Position numbers and translations under genes: made by a program. A stretch of DNA of 64,000 nucleotides, from NCBI GenBank assembly GCA_002269645.1, contig NIVC01002072.1:12733-76732 (forward strand). Direction: 5' to 3'. The notes beneath the pieces are model-generated. The model saw only the letters and a list, made by a program, of their open reading frames with translations, did no database searches and was not told the origin of the DNA. This DNA comes from Macrostomum lignano (lineage: Eukaryota). This document shows positions 14,767 to 28,300 of this stretch, piece by piece; position 1 is the stretch's first letter, and each line of letters starts with the position of its first letter.

Positions 14767-16131
14767 ATGAGAATTGCCCGCAATGCTTTTTCCTACAGCG
14801 CATTTAGCCACATATGGCAGATTTTGTATGCACTGCCTCCCAATTCTTGGTAAGTTTTAATAAAGGGTTTACCCGATCAAAACGCTTCGATAGTAACAGC
14901 TTATCAAATGCATATTTTCTCGAAGATTTTCAATATTACGAGCTAATTCATGCATATGCCATATCGCTTTGTCCCCTACATGTAAATCTCTGTAAACTAC
15001 ATGTAAATCTCTGTAAAATACATGTAAATCTCTGTAAACTACATGTAAATCTCTGTAAACTACATGTAAATCTCTGTAAACGACATGTAAATCTCTGTAA
15101 ACTACATGTAAATCTCTGTAAACTACATGTAAATCTCTGTAAACTACATGTAAATCTCTGTAAACTACATGTAAATCTCTGTAAACTACATGTAAATCTC
15201 TGTAAACGACATGTAAATCTCTGTAAACTACATGTAAATCTCTGTAAACTACATGTAAATCTCTGTAAAATACATGTAAATCTCTGTAAACTACATGTAA
15301 ATCTCTGTAAACTACATGTAAATCTCTGTAAACTACATGTAAATCTCTGTAAACGACATGTAAATCTCTGTAAACTACATGTAAATCTCTGTAAACTACA
15401 TGTAAATCTCTGTAAAATACATGTAAATCTCTGTAAACTACATGTAAATCTCTGTAAACTACATGTAAATCTCTGTAAACTACATGTAAATCTCTGTAAA
15501 CGACATGTAAATTTCTGTAAACTAGATGTAAATTTCTGCAAACTAACATGTAAATCTCTGTAAACTACATGTAAATTTCTGTAAACTACATGTAAATCTC
15601 TGTAAACTACATGTAAATCTCTGTAAACTACATGTAAATCTCTGTAAACTACATGTAAATCTCTGTAAACTACATGTAAATTTCTGTAAACTACATGTAA
15701 ATCTCTGTAAACTACATGTAAATCTCTGTAAACTACATGTAAATCTCTGTAAACTACATGTAAATCTCTGTAAACGACATGTAAATTTCTGTAAACTAGA
15801 TGTAAATTTCTGCAAACTAACATGTAAATCTCTGTAAACTACATGTAAATTTCTGTAAACTACATGTAAATCTCTGCAGGCTACATGTAAATCTCTTTAA
15901 ACTACATGTAAATCTCTGTAAACTATACATGTAAATCTCTTTAAACTACATGTAAATCTCTGTAAACTACATGTAAATTTCTGTAAACTACATGTAAATC
16001 TCTTTAAACTACATGTAAATCTCTGTAAACTACATGTAAATTTCTGTAAACTACATGTAAATCTCTGTAAACTACATGTAAAAGCAGTGCGGGCAAATCT
16101 CAGCGGGCAAATCTCGATGGGCAATTCTCAT
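14767..16131. mobile_element. Non-autonomous TIR element (MITE-like) enclosing the 21-bp array
   Basis: ATGAGAATTGCCC (14767-14779) and GGGCAATTCTCAT (16119-16131) form a perfect 13-bp inverted repeat; subterminal GGGCAAATCTC repeats at right. No TSD identified. Confidence 0.6.
14977..16081 (+). repeat. 21-bp minisatellite (CATGTAAATCTCTGTAAACTA), about 52 copies
   Basis: Direct repeats with a palindromic TACATGTA core. Confidence 0.98.
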
Positions 16132-16419
16132 GCTCCCTGCTCAAGAAAGGAATTTCACATCGCCTAAAAATTTCCAAACATCCTTTTTCATAACGCCTAA
16201 ACTTTATCAGTGTTGATTGTGGCATTGTTAATTAAAATATTAACGTCAAAACAGAAGTATTAAGATAAAAATATTTAGTAATTGGAAGTTTTTGAGATCT
16301 TATAAAGTCTAGTTATTATGATGGTAGTTTACTATGAAGTCCAAGTCTTCAAGTTACGGTCTAATGAAGTTTTGTTCATGTGAAATTTAGGTCTTGTAAA
16401 GTCTAGGTTAAATTTAGTT

Positions 16420-16950
16420 TGTGTGATGAATCTGGGTCTAATGCAGTTCAGGTGTGATGAATCTGGGTCTAATGCAGTTCAGGTGTGATGAATCTGGGTC
16501 TAATGCAGTTCAGGTGTGATGAATCTGGGTCTAATGCAGTTCAGGTGTGATGAAGCTGGGTCTTATGTATAGTTTAGGTGTGATGAAGCTGGGTCTAATG
16601 TAGTTCAGGTGCGATGAAGCTGGGTCTAATGTTTAGTCTAGGTGTAATGAAGCTGGGTCTAATGTATAGTTTAGGTGTGATGAAGCTGGGTCTTATGTAT
16701 AGTTTAGGTGTGATGAAGCTGGGTCTAATGTAGTTCAGGTGCGATGAAGCTGGGTCTAATGTAGTTTAGGTGTGATGAAGCTGGGTCTAATGTATAGTTT
16801 AGGTGTGATGAAGCTGGGTCTAATGTAGTTCAGGTGCGATGAAGCTGGGTCTAATGTTTAGTCTAGGTGTAATGAAGCTGGTTCTAATGTTTAGTTTAGG
16901 TGTGATGAAGCTGGGTCTAATGTTTAGTTTAGGTGTGATGAAGCTGGGTC
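16420..16950 (+). repeat. 31-33-bp minisatellite (GGTGTGATGAAGCTGGGTCTAATGTAGTTCA)
   Basis: About 16 copies, degenerating at both ends. Confidence 0.93.
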
Positions 16951-17578
16951 TCGTGAAATTTATGCCTCGTAAATTTTAGATCTTGTGATGAAAAAAAGCG
17001 GAATTGATAGTTCAGGCGATTCAAAAGACGTTTCAATGACAATTTAAATTTCAACAGGTCTAAAGGTGAGCCTGGGACCTACTTATGAGATCAGGGTCAA
17101 CGCGTCTTGTAATAATTAAACAACGTCAAACAAATATATAGGTTAAATATATATTTAAAAATGTATATTAATGTGTCAATTTCTTATGTACATATATATA
17201 AGTTAAGTAAAAAAGTTTGCACAGATTCAAAGGCCACTATAAAAGAGTAGCATATACGAGCCTATTGTGGAATAAAAGATTGGAAGTGTTAAATAAAAAA
17301 ATACTTATTTTTTTGTCAGAACAAATTCATAAAAGTTCTAATGTAATATCGTAGGAGGAAAAAATTGGAACGTCAAAGAATAAAAAACCTGAAGTAGGCA
17401 CGTACAGTAATGATGAAGTTTAATGAAGTACAAAACCGCGTTCGCAGGAAAAAAATTAATAATGCTTTGATGCATTAGCACTAAACTATGCAGAAGAAAA
17501 CGGAGCACGAATTGAGAAGCAAGTACGTCATTGGCGTTTCGCTTGAGTTTCATTTTCAGCGGCCACATCGAAGCAACC

Positions 17579-20500
17579 TCAGGTGAGATGCTGTGTTAGG
17601 GCAATAAAAGCGATGTATTCATATTACGCTATAGATAACAAGTGAGTTAAAAAGCAAGTTCAGTTAACAATTGTCGATCACGTGATCTAGATTAGCTAAT
17701 TAGTAAATCACATGATCTATACTAGCTAATTAGTGAATTACATGATCCAGACTAGCTAATTAGTGAATCACATGATCCAGACTAGCTAATTAGTGAATCA
17801 CATGATCTATACTAGCTAATTAGTGAATTACATGATCCAGACTAGCTAATTAGTGAATCACATGATCTATACTAGCTAATTAGTGAATCACATGACTCAG
17901 ACTAGCTAATTAGTGAATCACATGATCCAGACTAGCTAATTAGTGAATCACATGATCTATACTAGCTAATTAGTGAATTACATGATCCAGACTAGCTAAT
18001 TAGTGAATCACATGACCCAGACTAGCTAATTAGTGAATCGCATGATCCAGACTAGCTAATTAGTGAATCACATGATCCAGACTAGCTAATTAGTGAATCA
18101 CATGATCCAGACTAGCTAATTAGTGAATCACATGATCCAGACTAGCTAATTAGTGAATCACATGATCCAGACTAGCTAATTAGTGAATCACATGATCTAG
18201 ACTAGCTAATTAGTGAATCACGTGACCTAGTAGACTAACTAAATAGTCGATCACGTGACCTAGAGACTGCCCGAAGCATGGCCTAAGCCTGACATAAAAG
18301 GTCACTTCCCTTGACATAAAATATAAATATAATAAAACTAGCAGCACTTACAGCTCGACGCCGGATTGCCTCCTCGGAAATTTCCACAGAGATAAAGTAC
18401 ACAAGCTGGCGATCTTGCACACCAATCACATTGTACTGCATGCTGTTTAAGCCGTCCTCTTTCCAGCGCTTCTTACTCTGTTCCAGGTACTTGATTCTGG
18501 GGCAAGTGAAAGCAGTGTGACAACTGGTTATTTAAATTGAAAACTTGATGTTGCCTTAGAGATATTTCAAGATCTAATCTTAATCAGAACCTTCTGGATT
18601 GGGATTTTATCATATACTGTAGGATCTAGTCGAAGAAATGAGATTTGATAAAATGTGATCTTTGGGATTTAAGGTCTAAGGATCTGGGAATAGGGATCTG
18701 GAACCAAAGATCCAGGATCATGGACCTGCGACCTAGAATATGAGATCAATGATCTGGAATCTAGGATCTGGGATCTAGGATTTCGGATCTAGGATCTGGG
18801 ATCTAAGATCTGGGATCTAGGATCTGGGATCTAGGATCTAGGATCTGGGATCTAGTATCTGGAATCTAGGATCTAGGATCTGGGATCTAGTATCTGGGAT
18901 CTAGTATCTGGGATCTAGGATCTAGGATCTGGGATCTAGGATCTGGGATCTAGGATCTGGGATCTAGGATCTGGGATCTAGGATCTGGGATCTAAGATTT
19001 GGGATCTTGAATCTAGTATCTGGGATCTTGAATCTGGGATCTTGAATCTGGGATCTAGGATCTAGGATCTAGGATCTAGTATCTGGGATCTAGGATCTAG
19101 GATTTCGGATCTAGGATCTGGGATCTAAGATCTGGGATCTAAGATCTGGGATCTAAGATCTTGGATCTAGGATCTGGGATCTAGGATCTGGGATCTAGTA
19201 TCTGGAATCTAGGATCTAGGATCTGGGATCTAGTATCTGGGATCTAGGATCTAGGATCTGGGATCTAGGATCTGGGATCTTGAATCTAGTATCTGGGATC
19301 TTGAATCTAAGATCTGGGATCTAGGATCTAGGATCTAGGATCTAGGATCTGGGATCTAGGATCTAGGATCTAGTATCTGGGATCTAGGATCTAGGATCTG
19401 GGATCTTGAATCTAGTATCTGGGATCTTGAATCTAAGATCTGGGATCTAGGATCTAGGATCTAGGATCTGGGATCTAGGATCTAGGATCTGGGATCTAGG
19501 ATCTGGGATCTAGGATCTGGGATCTAGGATCTAGGATCTGGGATCTAGGATCTGGGATCTAGGATCTGGGATCTAGGATCTGGGATCTAGGATCTGGGAT
19601 CTGGGATCTAGGATCTGGGATCTAGGATCTGGGATCTAGGATCTGGGATCTAGGATCTGGGATCTAGAATCTGGGATCTAGGATCTAGGATCTGGGATCT
19701 AGGATCTGGGATCTAGGATCTGGGATCTAGGATCTGGGATCTAGGATCTGGGATCTAGGATCTGGGATCTAGGATCTGGGATCTAGGATCTGGGATCTAG
19801 GATCTGGGATCTAGGATCTGGGATATAGGATCTAGGATCTAGGATCTGGGATCTAGGATCTGGGATCTAGGATCTGGGATCTAGGATCTGGGATCTAGGA
19901 TCTGGGATCTGGGATCTAGGATCTGGGATCTAGGATCTGGGATCTAGGATCTGGGATCTAGGATCTGGGATCTAGGATCTGGGATCTAGGATCTAGGATC
20001 TAGGATCTGGGATCTAGGATCTGGGATCTAGGATCTGGGATCTAGGATCTAAAATCTGGGATCTAGGATCTGGGACACAGGACTACAGCTAATTACAGGC
20101 GGCGCACTTACCGCTTCGGGTCGGCTTCATTGTGAGCATCCCTGTTGTGCTTGATCATCTTGTACCTGGCGATGCCGGGCGGGTAGCGGGCCACCTTATA
20201 GCCGGCCCAGGCCACGCGGAAGCCAAAATCGTCGTCCTCGGCGCCCCAGCCGAAGTAAATATTTGGGAAGCCGTTCATTTTCCGGTACTGTTCGGCCGTG
20301 AGGGCGCAGGCGCCGCCAAAATAGGCGCCGTAGGGCAGTTTGTAGCCGAAGCTGCTGATCTCGGCGCCAAGATGGCGCGGGTTGGCGCCGCAGCTGCAAT
20401 ACGAATAGGAAATTAAAATTGTAGCTAGTTGCTATTCAAAATCTCATCAAGTAGACCTCAGCAAGTGCCATCAAAATGCAGGCTTGCTGCAATTATCGCA

Positions 20501-22642
20501 TTAGCTACTGGACTTAGACTTAATTAATGCGAATTTTCAACTACGCAATACGAGACGACTGCAAGTTGTTTTGTTTAAATGAAGGCCATTAAAATGCCTG
20601 AGAATGGCATAGACGCAGTTGAAAAGAAAATGAAGTGAGTATGTGTGACATGCGCAACCTCTGAACTTACACCGGGCGTGCGACTTTGTTTGTGATTTGT
20701 GAATGGATAGGTCGAAAAATTAAGTAGCAATTTGTGTAGTGTATGGATTTCAATGTCTGGGTATGGATGTAAGTGTCAGGGTATGGATTTCAATGTCTGG
20801 GTATGGATGTAAGTGTCAGGGTATGGATTTCAATGTCTGGGTATGGATGTAAGTGTCAGGGTATTGATGTAAGTGTCAGGGTATGAATATAAGTGTCAGG
20901 GTATGAATATAAGTGTCAGGGTATGAATATAAGTGTCAGGGTATGGATATTAGTGTCAAGGTATTGATGTAAGTCTCAGGGTATGAATATAAGTGTCAGG
21001 GTATGGATATAAGTGTCAGGGTATGGATATAAGTGTCAGGGTATGGATATAAATATCAGGGCATGGATATAAGTGGCAGGGTATGGATATAAGTGTCAGG
21101 GTATGGATGTAAGTGTCAGGGTATGGATATAAATATCAGGGTAAGGATATAAGTGTCAGGGCATGGATATAAGTGTCAGGGTATGGATATAAATATCAGG
21201 GCATGGATATAAGTGGCAGGGTATGGATATAAGTGTCAGGGTATGGATGTAAGTGTCAGGGTATGGATATAAATATCAGGGTAAGGATATAAGTGTCATA
21301 ATATCGCTATACGTGTCAGGGTATGGATATAAGTGTCAGGATATGGATATAAGTGTCAGAGTATGAATATAAGTGTCAGGGTATGGATGTAAGTGTCAGG
21401 GTATGGATATAGGTGTCAGGGTATGGATATAAATATCAGGTAAGGATATAAGTGTCATAATATCGCTATACGTGTCAGGGTATGGATATAAGTGTCAGGA
21501 TATGGATATAAGTGTCAGAGTATGAATATAAGTGTCAGGGTATGGATGTAAGTGTCAGGGTATGGATATTAGTGTCAGGGTATGGATATTAGTGTCAGGG
21601 CATTGATGTAAGTATCAGGGTTCAGATATAAGTGTCAAGGTATTGATGCAAGTGTTAGGGTATAGATATAAGTGTCAGGGCATTGATGTAAGTATCAGGG
21701 TTCAGATATAAGTGTCAAGGTATTGATGCAAGTGTTAGGGTATAGATATAAGTGTCAGGGTATTGATGTAAGTATCAGGGTTCAGATATAAGTGTCAAGG
21801 TATTGATGCAAGTGTTAGGGTATAGATATAAGTGTCAGGGCATTGATGTAAGTGTCAGGGTTCAGACAGAATGGAATGCAATGAAAATCAGATGAAGCAG
21901 CAGCATGCACTAACCGATACATATTGTGATCATTCTCAGGCAGCAAGTCCACATCGTGAAATATGTAACAGTAGGCCGGGAATATCTTGGCCGACTCAAC
22001 GAATCCAATATTGAACAGCAGGCCGCGGTTGAATCGCGTGGTGCCCGCCTGTTCGACGACAAATATTCGATAGTCGAGCTGTTGCCTGCGCAGCAGCGGA
22101 TGCAGACTCGACATCAGCAGTCTCAGGTGCGGATCCCGATTCCTATACGGCACAATAATGGCAACTCGTTGCCTAGCAACGCAGTGTTCCGGCTGGCAAC
22201 CGCCGTGCCTGATGTAGGACAGGGTAGACTGCAGTTCGGCCCAGGTAGGAGCCAAACTCGGGTCAGATTTCACGGGGATTTTATTCCCCAACAGGCCGGG
22301 CGGGTCCTCGGGACACGCAGGCAAATTGGATTTGGCCAGCCGGCTGGCTAGAGAGGCCGGGTCCGCCAGCTCGGAGGCTGTCGTATTCGTTGGCCTAGTT
22401 GGCCTTGCCGCCGCTGTTGTCGCCATGGCAACTGGCACTGCATCGGCTTTGTACTTGGTCCATGTGACTGGGCCCAGCATAGATTGAGATGAACTAAACC
22501 AATTATGCAGCAGCCACAGGCCCATGAGGGCCATCAGTGCCAGGCAGACAGACCGAATGACTCTCTTTGATGCAAGGCAATTCAGCCAGTTCACGCTGAC
22601 AGCGCCTGAGGCGCTGGAGCCACTGCTGGAACTTGGCGTCGC
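17579..22642 (-). CDS. B4GALT: Beta-1,4-galactosyltransferase family (GT7) type II Golgi glycosyltransferase
   Basis: Exons (minus strand): 22642-21915, 20393-20112, 18496-18352 and probably 17590-17579 (HLT*); phases are consistent and junctions are GT-AG. Motifs: N-terminal TM segment, VAIIVPYRNR, FNRGLLFNIG, IFHDVDLLP (DxD), RCGANPRH, LPYGAYFGG, YFGWGAEDDD, KMIKH, DGLNS. The ORF-track start at 22699 is GTG, so an upstream ATG exon is needed; candidate ATGCATTAT|gtaagt at 23537-23529 is speculative. Confidence 0.93.
17678..18260 (+). repeat. 30-bp minisatellite (TAGTGAATCACATGATCCAGACTAGCTAAT) in the last B4GALT intron
   Basis: About 18 direct copies. Confidence 0.96.
18770..20075 (+). repeat. 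7/14-bp satellite (GGATCTA GGATCTG)n in a B4GALT intron
   Basis: Directly visible. Confidence 0.97.
20743..21865 (+). repeat. 20-bp minisatellite (GTATGGATATAAGTGTCAGG) in a B4GALT intron
   Basis: About 55 variant copies. Confidence 0.97.
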
Positions 22643-22844
22643 CTGCACAGTTGGGTAAGTGGGGCGAATACCAACTGTTAATGAAATGCTATTTTGCACT
22701 AGACGAATCTAGTTCTCTTTAAACTGTCTTATCCAAAAAATAAGTTTGAAAATGAACTAATGCATAGGATTCTTGCAGAGTAAGCAATTAAGTCCTATCT
22801 CTGAAATTATTATCAAGCTATCAAGTACTAACCAACTTTTAATT

Positions 22845-23153
22845 ATTAATAATAATTGATTACACCTGCCCCAATTAGACCATATGTGCAACCGATAGCT
22901 CAGCAGCAGCTATAGCGCGGCGCATCTGAAGGCTTCATAGCATACAGCTGTTCAGTCCAAGGACTGGGGGGTCGCCACACACACCCTCAATTACCCCAGC
23001 TAATGCTGGCATCCATTTTACAGCTGGCTGAACTGAAGCAATGCAGAATTAAGTGTCTTGCTAAAAGGACACAAATTGTTCCAGTGGGATTGGGAATCGA
23101 ACCCAGACCTTCAAGTCTTGAATCTGACATTTTAAGCACTAGGCTATAGCCCC
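22845..23153 (-). mobile_element. tRNA-derived CORE-SINE, CpG-decayed copy
   Basis: Reverse complement aligns end to end with 62087-62390: tRNA head, CORE-like block and (ATT)n tail. Confidence 0.88.
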
Positions 23154-24559
23154 TTATTATACCAGCTACAATCCCCCATGTAAGTACTTTAATGGCACTT
23201 AAATGACTGAGTAATTAGACAATAAAATGTTATTAGAAAGGCTAAAACATGGGAATAAAGTTTAAACCATAGTTATTTACTCCTTCAAAGCATTGGACTA
23301 TTAAGATGCTTAACTATTATGTTTAACTGCCTGCTAGATGTCTAATGTTTTTAGGTCAGCCCAGGGTGGATAATGTCAAAAAAAACTGAAAGCAATATCC
23401 AATTCCTACTTCTGCTAAGCCTCCAAAATGAACTCAGCCTAGGCCTGAGCAAGTTGCCAGTATCTGCTGTCATTGAGCTAGGCTTAATAGACCTGCTAGC
23501 ACTCCATATGCTAAGTTTTTCAACTTACATAATGCATTTAACCTAGTATCTAGGCTTGAAATTGTGTGGCTTTTATGAGTATCTCACTATAGCTAATATA
23601 CTTGCTACCCTAGTGGGTATATAAGGTAGGGCATCCACTTTAACTTTAAGGCCTGTCATATTGAGCAATGTCATTATAGAAGAATTTGGCACTAGATAAA
23701 ATGTCTTTCAGGATGATATGTTGGCTCTTCTGCTCTTTTTTGTGATAGACTTAGAGTCAACTATGTGCTTTGTTAGTCCTTCTACAAAGATAGCAGCTAT
23801 TGGCTAGTCCTATACAAAAGCTTTGATATTTTGCTAGCTATTTTGCTACTTACTCTTGCTTATACTAACAACATTGCACTGCTCTGCCACAGCTGTAGTT
23901 GCTACCTAATCTCATATAGCAAAATAATATATCTAATTTTATAATCATATTTATACAAGTCTAACAATGCTATTTATATAAGCAAAAATGCAAGCTACAT
24001 TTGGCTTTCAATAACATATCTATATATATCTAATCTAGCAAATGTTCATTGTTCAAACTGATCTATTACATGTAGATATGTTTAATGAATTCTGCCTATG
24101 CTGAAGATTTAGATTTTTCTAGGCCTAGGCCTAACTATAATGAAACAGACAATGAAATGGAAAGAAGCCCAATATATAATAAAATGTTCCACATAGGCCC
24201 TAGCTTAGGCTAAAAGTAAAACCAGAAAAAATAGCTAGGCCTAATTAATAAATTAGGAATAGTAGGCCTAATTAGGCCCCTATGACATTTAATGAAAGCC
24301 AAAATTGGTAAAATAATAAATTATTAATTATATTAAAATAATTGTTCATATTCAATCAAACAATACTAACTAAAGCCCAAAGAGATTCTATCACAAAGTA
24401 AAAAATATCGGTGATGAGAAATACTGACTTTAATTTAAACTATCATTAGAATAATTAATTATATTATATTATTATTAATATTATTTTATTAGGTGTAAAA
24501 ATAAATAGATCTTTCTTTTTTAATAGCTTTTCTTATTAAGCATAGTCATATTAATAGCC

Positions 24560-24950
24560 ATGACTATGGCAAAACGCTATGGCCTGCCCTCAGCGGCACA
24601 ACACAGCTTAAATTACATGGCGCCGCCTTTGCTCACTACTTGTCCAAATTGTCTTGTCTTTTGCTGCACTAATTAGCAAGAGAATTTGTGCCCTGTGCAA
24701 AAGTTAAAAAAACTCTATTTTAGTTGACAAATAAAAATACTTTTAAATCATAGTTAACAATTGACTTCACGTAATTAGTGCAATCTGAAATAGCGATTTA
24801 CGTTAACATACTTAACCCATTATTAAGATTAGGTAGTATTGTTTTTCTACGTCTTAAAATTGTTAAATTTAAAATGGTTGATTCCAAGATAAGTATACTA
24901 TTTTTCTCTTACCCACCTTATCTATAGATTCACCCGTCTGGCTTAGAAAT
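24560..24950. promoter_or_regulatory. Putative bidirectional promoter core between head-to-head B4GALT and PACS
   Basis: A CpG-retaining patch inside a CpG desert. YY1-like CATGGCGCCGCC at 24616-24627; about 400 bp upstream of the PACS ATG. Confidence 0.4.
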
Positions 24951-25358
24951 TTTTAATTAGGAACGACTGCTACATTTACTAATCTTCCTTGTACCCACTT
25001 TAGCATTTTATGGTAACCCTCAAAGCCTTTTCAGGCAAAGTTCACTAGTTGATATTAGAGGACTAATTTATTTTAACATTCTTTAGTTTTGTAGACTGTT
25101 AGACAATTAAGCCCTTAAAAGTTCAAAGTGACATGATTTTTCAAGAGTAGACATCGATCCTAGCTAGTTTCATAGTAAAATCTTTGACTAAACTAAAGAA
25201 AAAGCACCCTTATGTAGCTATCCATAAGCAATAGGCCATAGCAGTTATACCAAATATAAATATTATCAATTAGGGCCTATTCACATTGTATTTAAGGCAC
25301 ACCATATTTGATACTAGGGCCTAGAGACAAAATCTAAGGCAAATCTATAAGCCTAGTT

Positions 25359-28300
25359 ATGGCATCAAATGTAAAACCTTCATTGTCCTCGGACCGCATG
25401 TCTGCTTTTTGGGAAAGTGAGAAGTCATCACCATGCATTATACCCAGGTATGTTTTTATTCCAAAAATATTTAGCTTATTATTTTTAGGTACCATACTAA
25501 ATTATACTATAATTCTATACTAAGTTACTTTTTATTGTTCTTTATTACATTTGTTAGATTAGGCCTAGATTAATCTATAAAATACTAATAGGAGAATTCC
25601 TAAGTCAATGGGAATGTAATTGACCAAAAAGAATATTAAATGATCCTAGGGATAGTTTTGACTGCATTTAGAAATTATATTCTTTTGTAAGGAATTTAAA
25701 TAGGAGATAAAACTATTAAATAGAATTAGGATCAGGCCTCCCAATGGGGCAGTTGTGTTATGCTAGTATTTAAAATTAATTGCCAAGGTTTTGTAGCCAT
25801 TCCAAAAATTAAAACTTTTGTTTCAAAAGGCAAGCACTCAGATTAATCTTTTTTGTCAAGATGTTAAACAAGAATGACAACCATTTTTGCATATTTTTGT
25901 TAAATATAAAGCCTTCTTTTTTAAAATAATTAGTCTAGTCTTTATCATATGGTTTTTTATAGCACAATTTTTTGTATTGGCACAAAAATTATCAAGGCCT
26001 TCATTATTGCCATTGCCATTTTAATTATTAAATTGCCAAAATGATTATCATTTGTTATTAAAGTGACTATTACCAAAGTGAACATGTTTTTGACAAAAAT
26101 TTACATTTTACAAATATTTTCTTTACAAGATTTTACACTCAACCAAGTTAAATGCCCAATGTATCATTTTAGCTTCTTTTCTAAATTCTTCTTTAGAATA
26201 AATTTTATATAACTAAAATTGCCAAAACCTTTGTAACAGGAATGAGATCTACAGAGTTAGTCCAGCTAGCCTATAAACCCTCACTGAAGTCTATAAATAA
26301 TATATAATGGACTTCTTCAGGTTTAGGTTAATAAATTAGTTGCAGTTTTGATAAGACTATTATTCTGTCTTTTTATGTGTATTTTATAGTGCTGATTTCA
26401 AGTTTAAGCTTTATTTTTATGTAGCTTTATATAGCTTAAAGCCAACGCTAATATATATGGAAGAAATGTTTTAGTATAGAAAGTTTTGATGGGAATTGAT
26501 TTTACTTTATACTAACCTAAACTTGAATAGAAGCATAGGGACCTATTGAAGATTATATTGATTAATTCTAGCCCATACTATATATAAATAAAGCTTGAAC
26601 TGAAACCTGCCCATCTAAAACTTATATAAAAATTATAATCTTATCAAAACTGCCACTAATTTATCAACCTATTAAAGAAATTATTCATTCTTCAACTTTA
26701 GAATACTTATACTTTACCTTTTTGTTTTTATAGAAATGTTATAAAATTAGAAGTATTTTACCAACCTAAACCTGAAGAAGTCCTAAATATGAATTTATAA
26801 TAGAAAATTAATGTGATTTGCAACCTACCAAAATTGTTAATCTTTTAGATAATACTCCAATAAAAACTAACAATCTTTTTGCTTAACCTTAATTAAAAAC
26901 ATTGGACAAGGGTGGTCCCAATGGTTCCTGCGGTTTAGGCTACTGGTTTTGTCTACTTTAATATTTTTAGTGGATTATCTTGGTAGGTTGCTGCCACCAG
27001 GCTCTTGATGTTCCCTAATCCTAAGATATAGTATTTAAAGAACTGAGTCAAGACAACAAATAAAGTATTTTAAGTTTGACACACAGTTTATAAAAAATGA
27101 TAATTGATCAAATGTTAATTGCACAAAAGTGTTTTCTTACATTACTTTCCCCTTTCTAAGTGCTTGGTCAAGACTCCCAGTTTTAAGGCAAGACTCCTCT
27201 TAGAGCAATTCTAAGTCCTATTCCCTTATCTCCTTTTACCTTGAATTCCTTTTAATAGAATTTTTTAAGTTAGAAACTGCACTCGGAAGACAAAGTGGAT
27301 ACTTTTTCCAAGAGCCCAACTGCTCTTTACTACGAGTAATGTAATCCAAAATTTGCAGTGTATTTACATAGTAGTGTAAAAGCATATTTGTCCCATGTCT
27401 ATTTATACCTCTAAATTTTGCCCTACTACAGCATGAAACAAGTCATATAAGTATAAGTTTAACAATTTTTGTCAGAACCAACATTTTACTCCTAAGCTAT
27501 ATAGTAAAATAATGAGGTTATGCCTATTGTAATTAATTATATAAATGTATTTGTTTGTTAATTGATATTTAAAAATAAAAATCTAAATAAAAACCTATAT
27601 ATTGTAGCCTAGAAATAGTTTTGCAAATAATAATCTTCAAAGGCAGAGATCCAAGGGCCATGGCCCCTCTCCCCCTTAGCCATGGCCAACAAAATTTAGG
27701 CCATATTTTTGGCCTATAACTATGCAAGGTCTATTTCAATATTGGATTATAGTGCTTGGTATAGCTTGTCCCCCTCTACTTCAATTTCTGAATTCACCTG
27801 GGTAGTCTTAAACTCTGTCTACAACAAGAACAATTTTTGTTTTATTGATATTCTACGAGGGTTGTCCCAAAAATAGTGGGAAAACTGGCAATTGTAACTT
27901 TACCCCCTACCCCTTGTTCTAATTATAGGCATAACTTTTGAATGAATTGACATTTTTACCTTAAGTTGCATCAAATTCAAATATCACAGTCAGCCTCTGT
28001 ACCAGTTTTCCTGCTATTTCTGGGACAGCCCCTATAGTTAAAAATACTATAAAATTGAAAATAGACAAACAGAAATGTTAAAAAGGGATTTTTCCTAAAA
28101 GTATAGAATTTTTAGTAGTTTTGTAAATATCCTTACTAGCATCAATATTGTTTAATTTCTAATTAGTAACTCTGGATGAAGACTACATGAAATCTATCGG
28201 AGTAATGAAGAACCTGTTAGGATACTTGGAATAGGGTGTATAAAAATGGACAATCTAGAGTTGACAGTTAAATGGCTAAACATCATTTGTTGTGCTGATG

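Noticed and set aside
22418-22431. RFX X-box GTCGCCATGGCAAC
   Set aside because: Lies inside the B4GALT coding exon (encodes VAMAT); likely coincidental.
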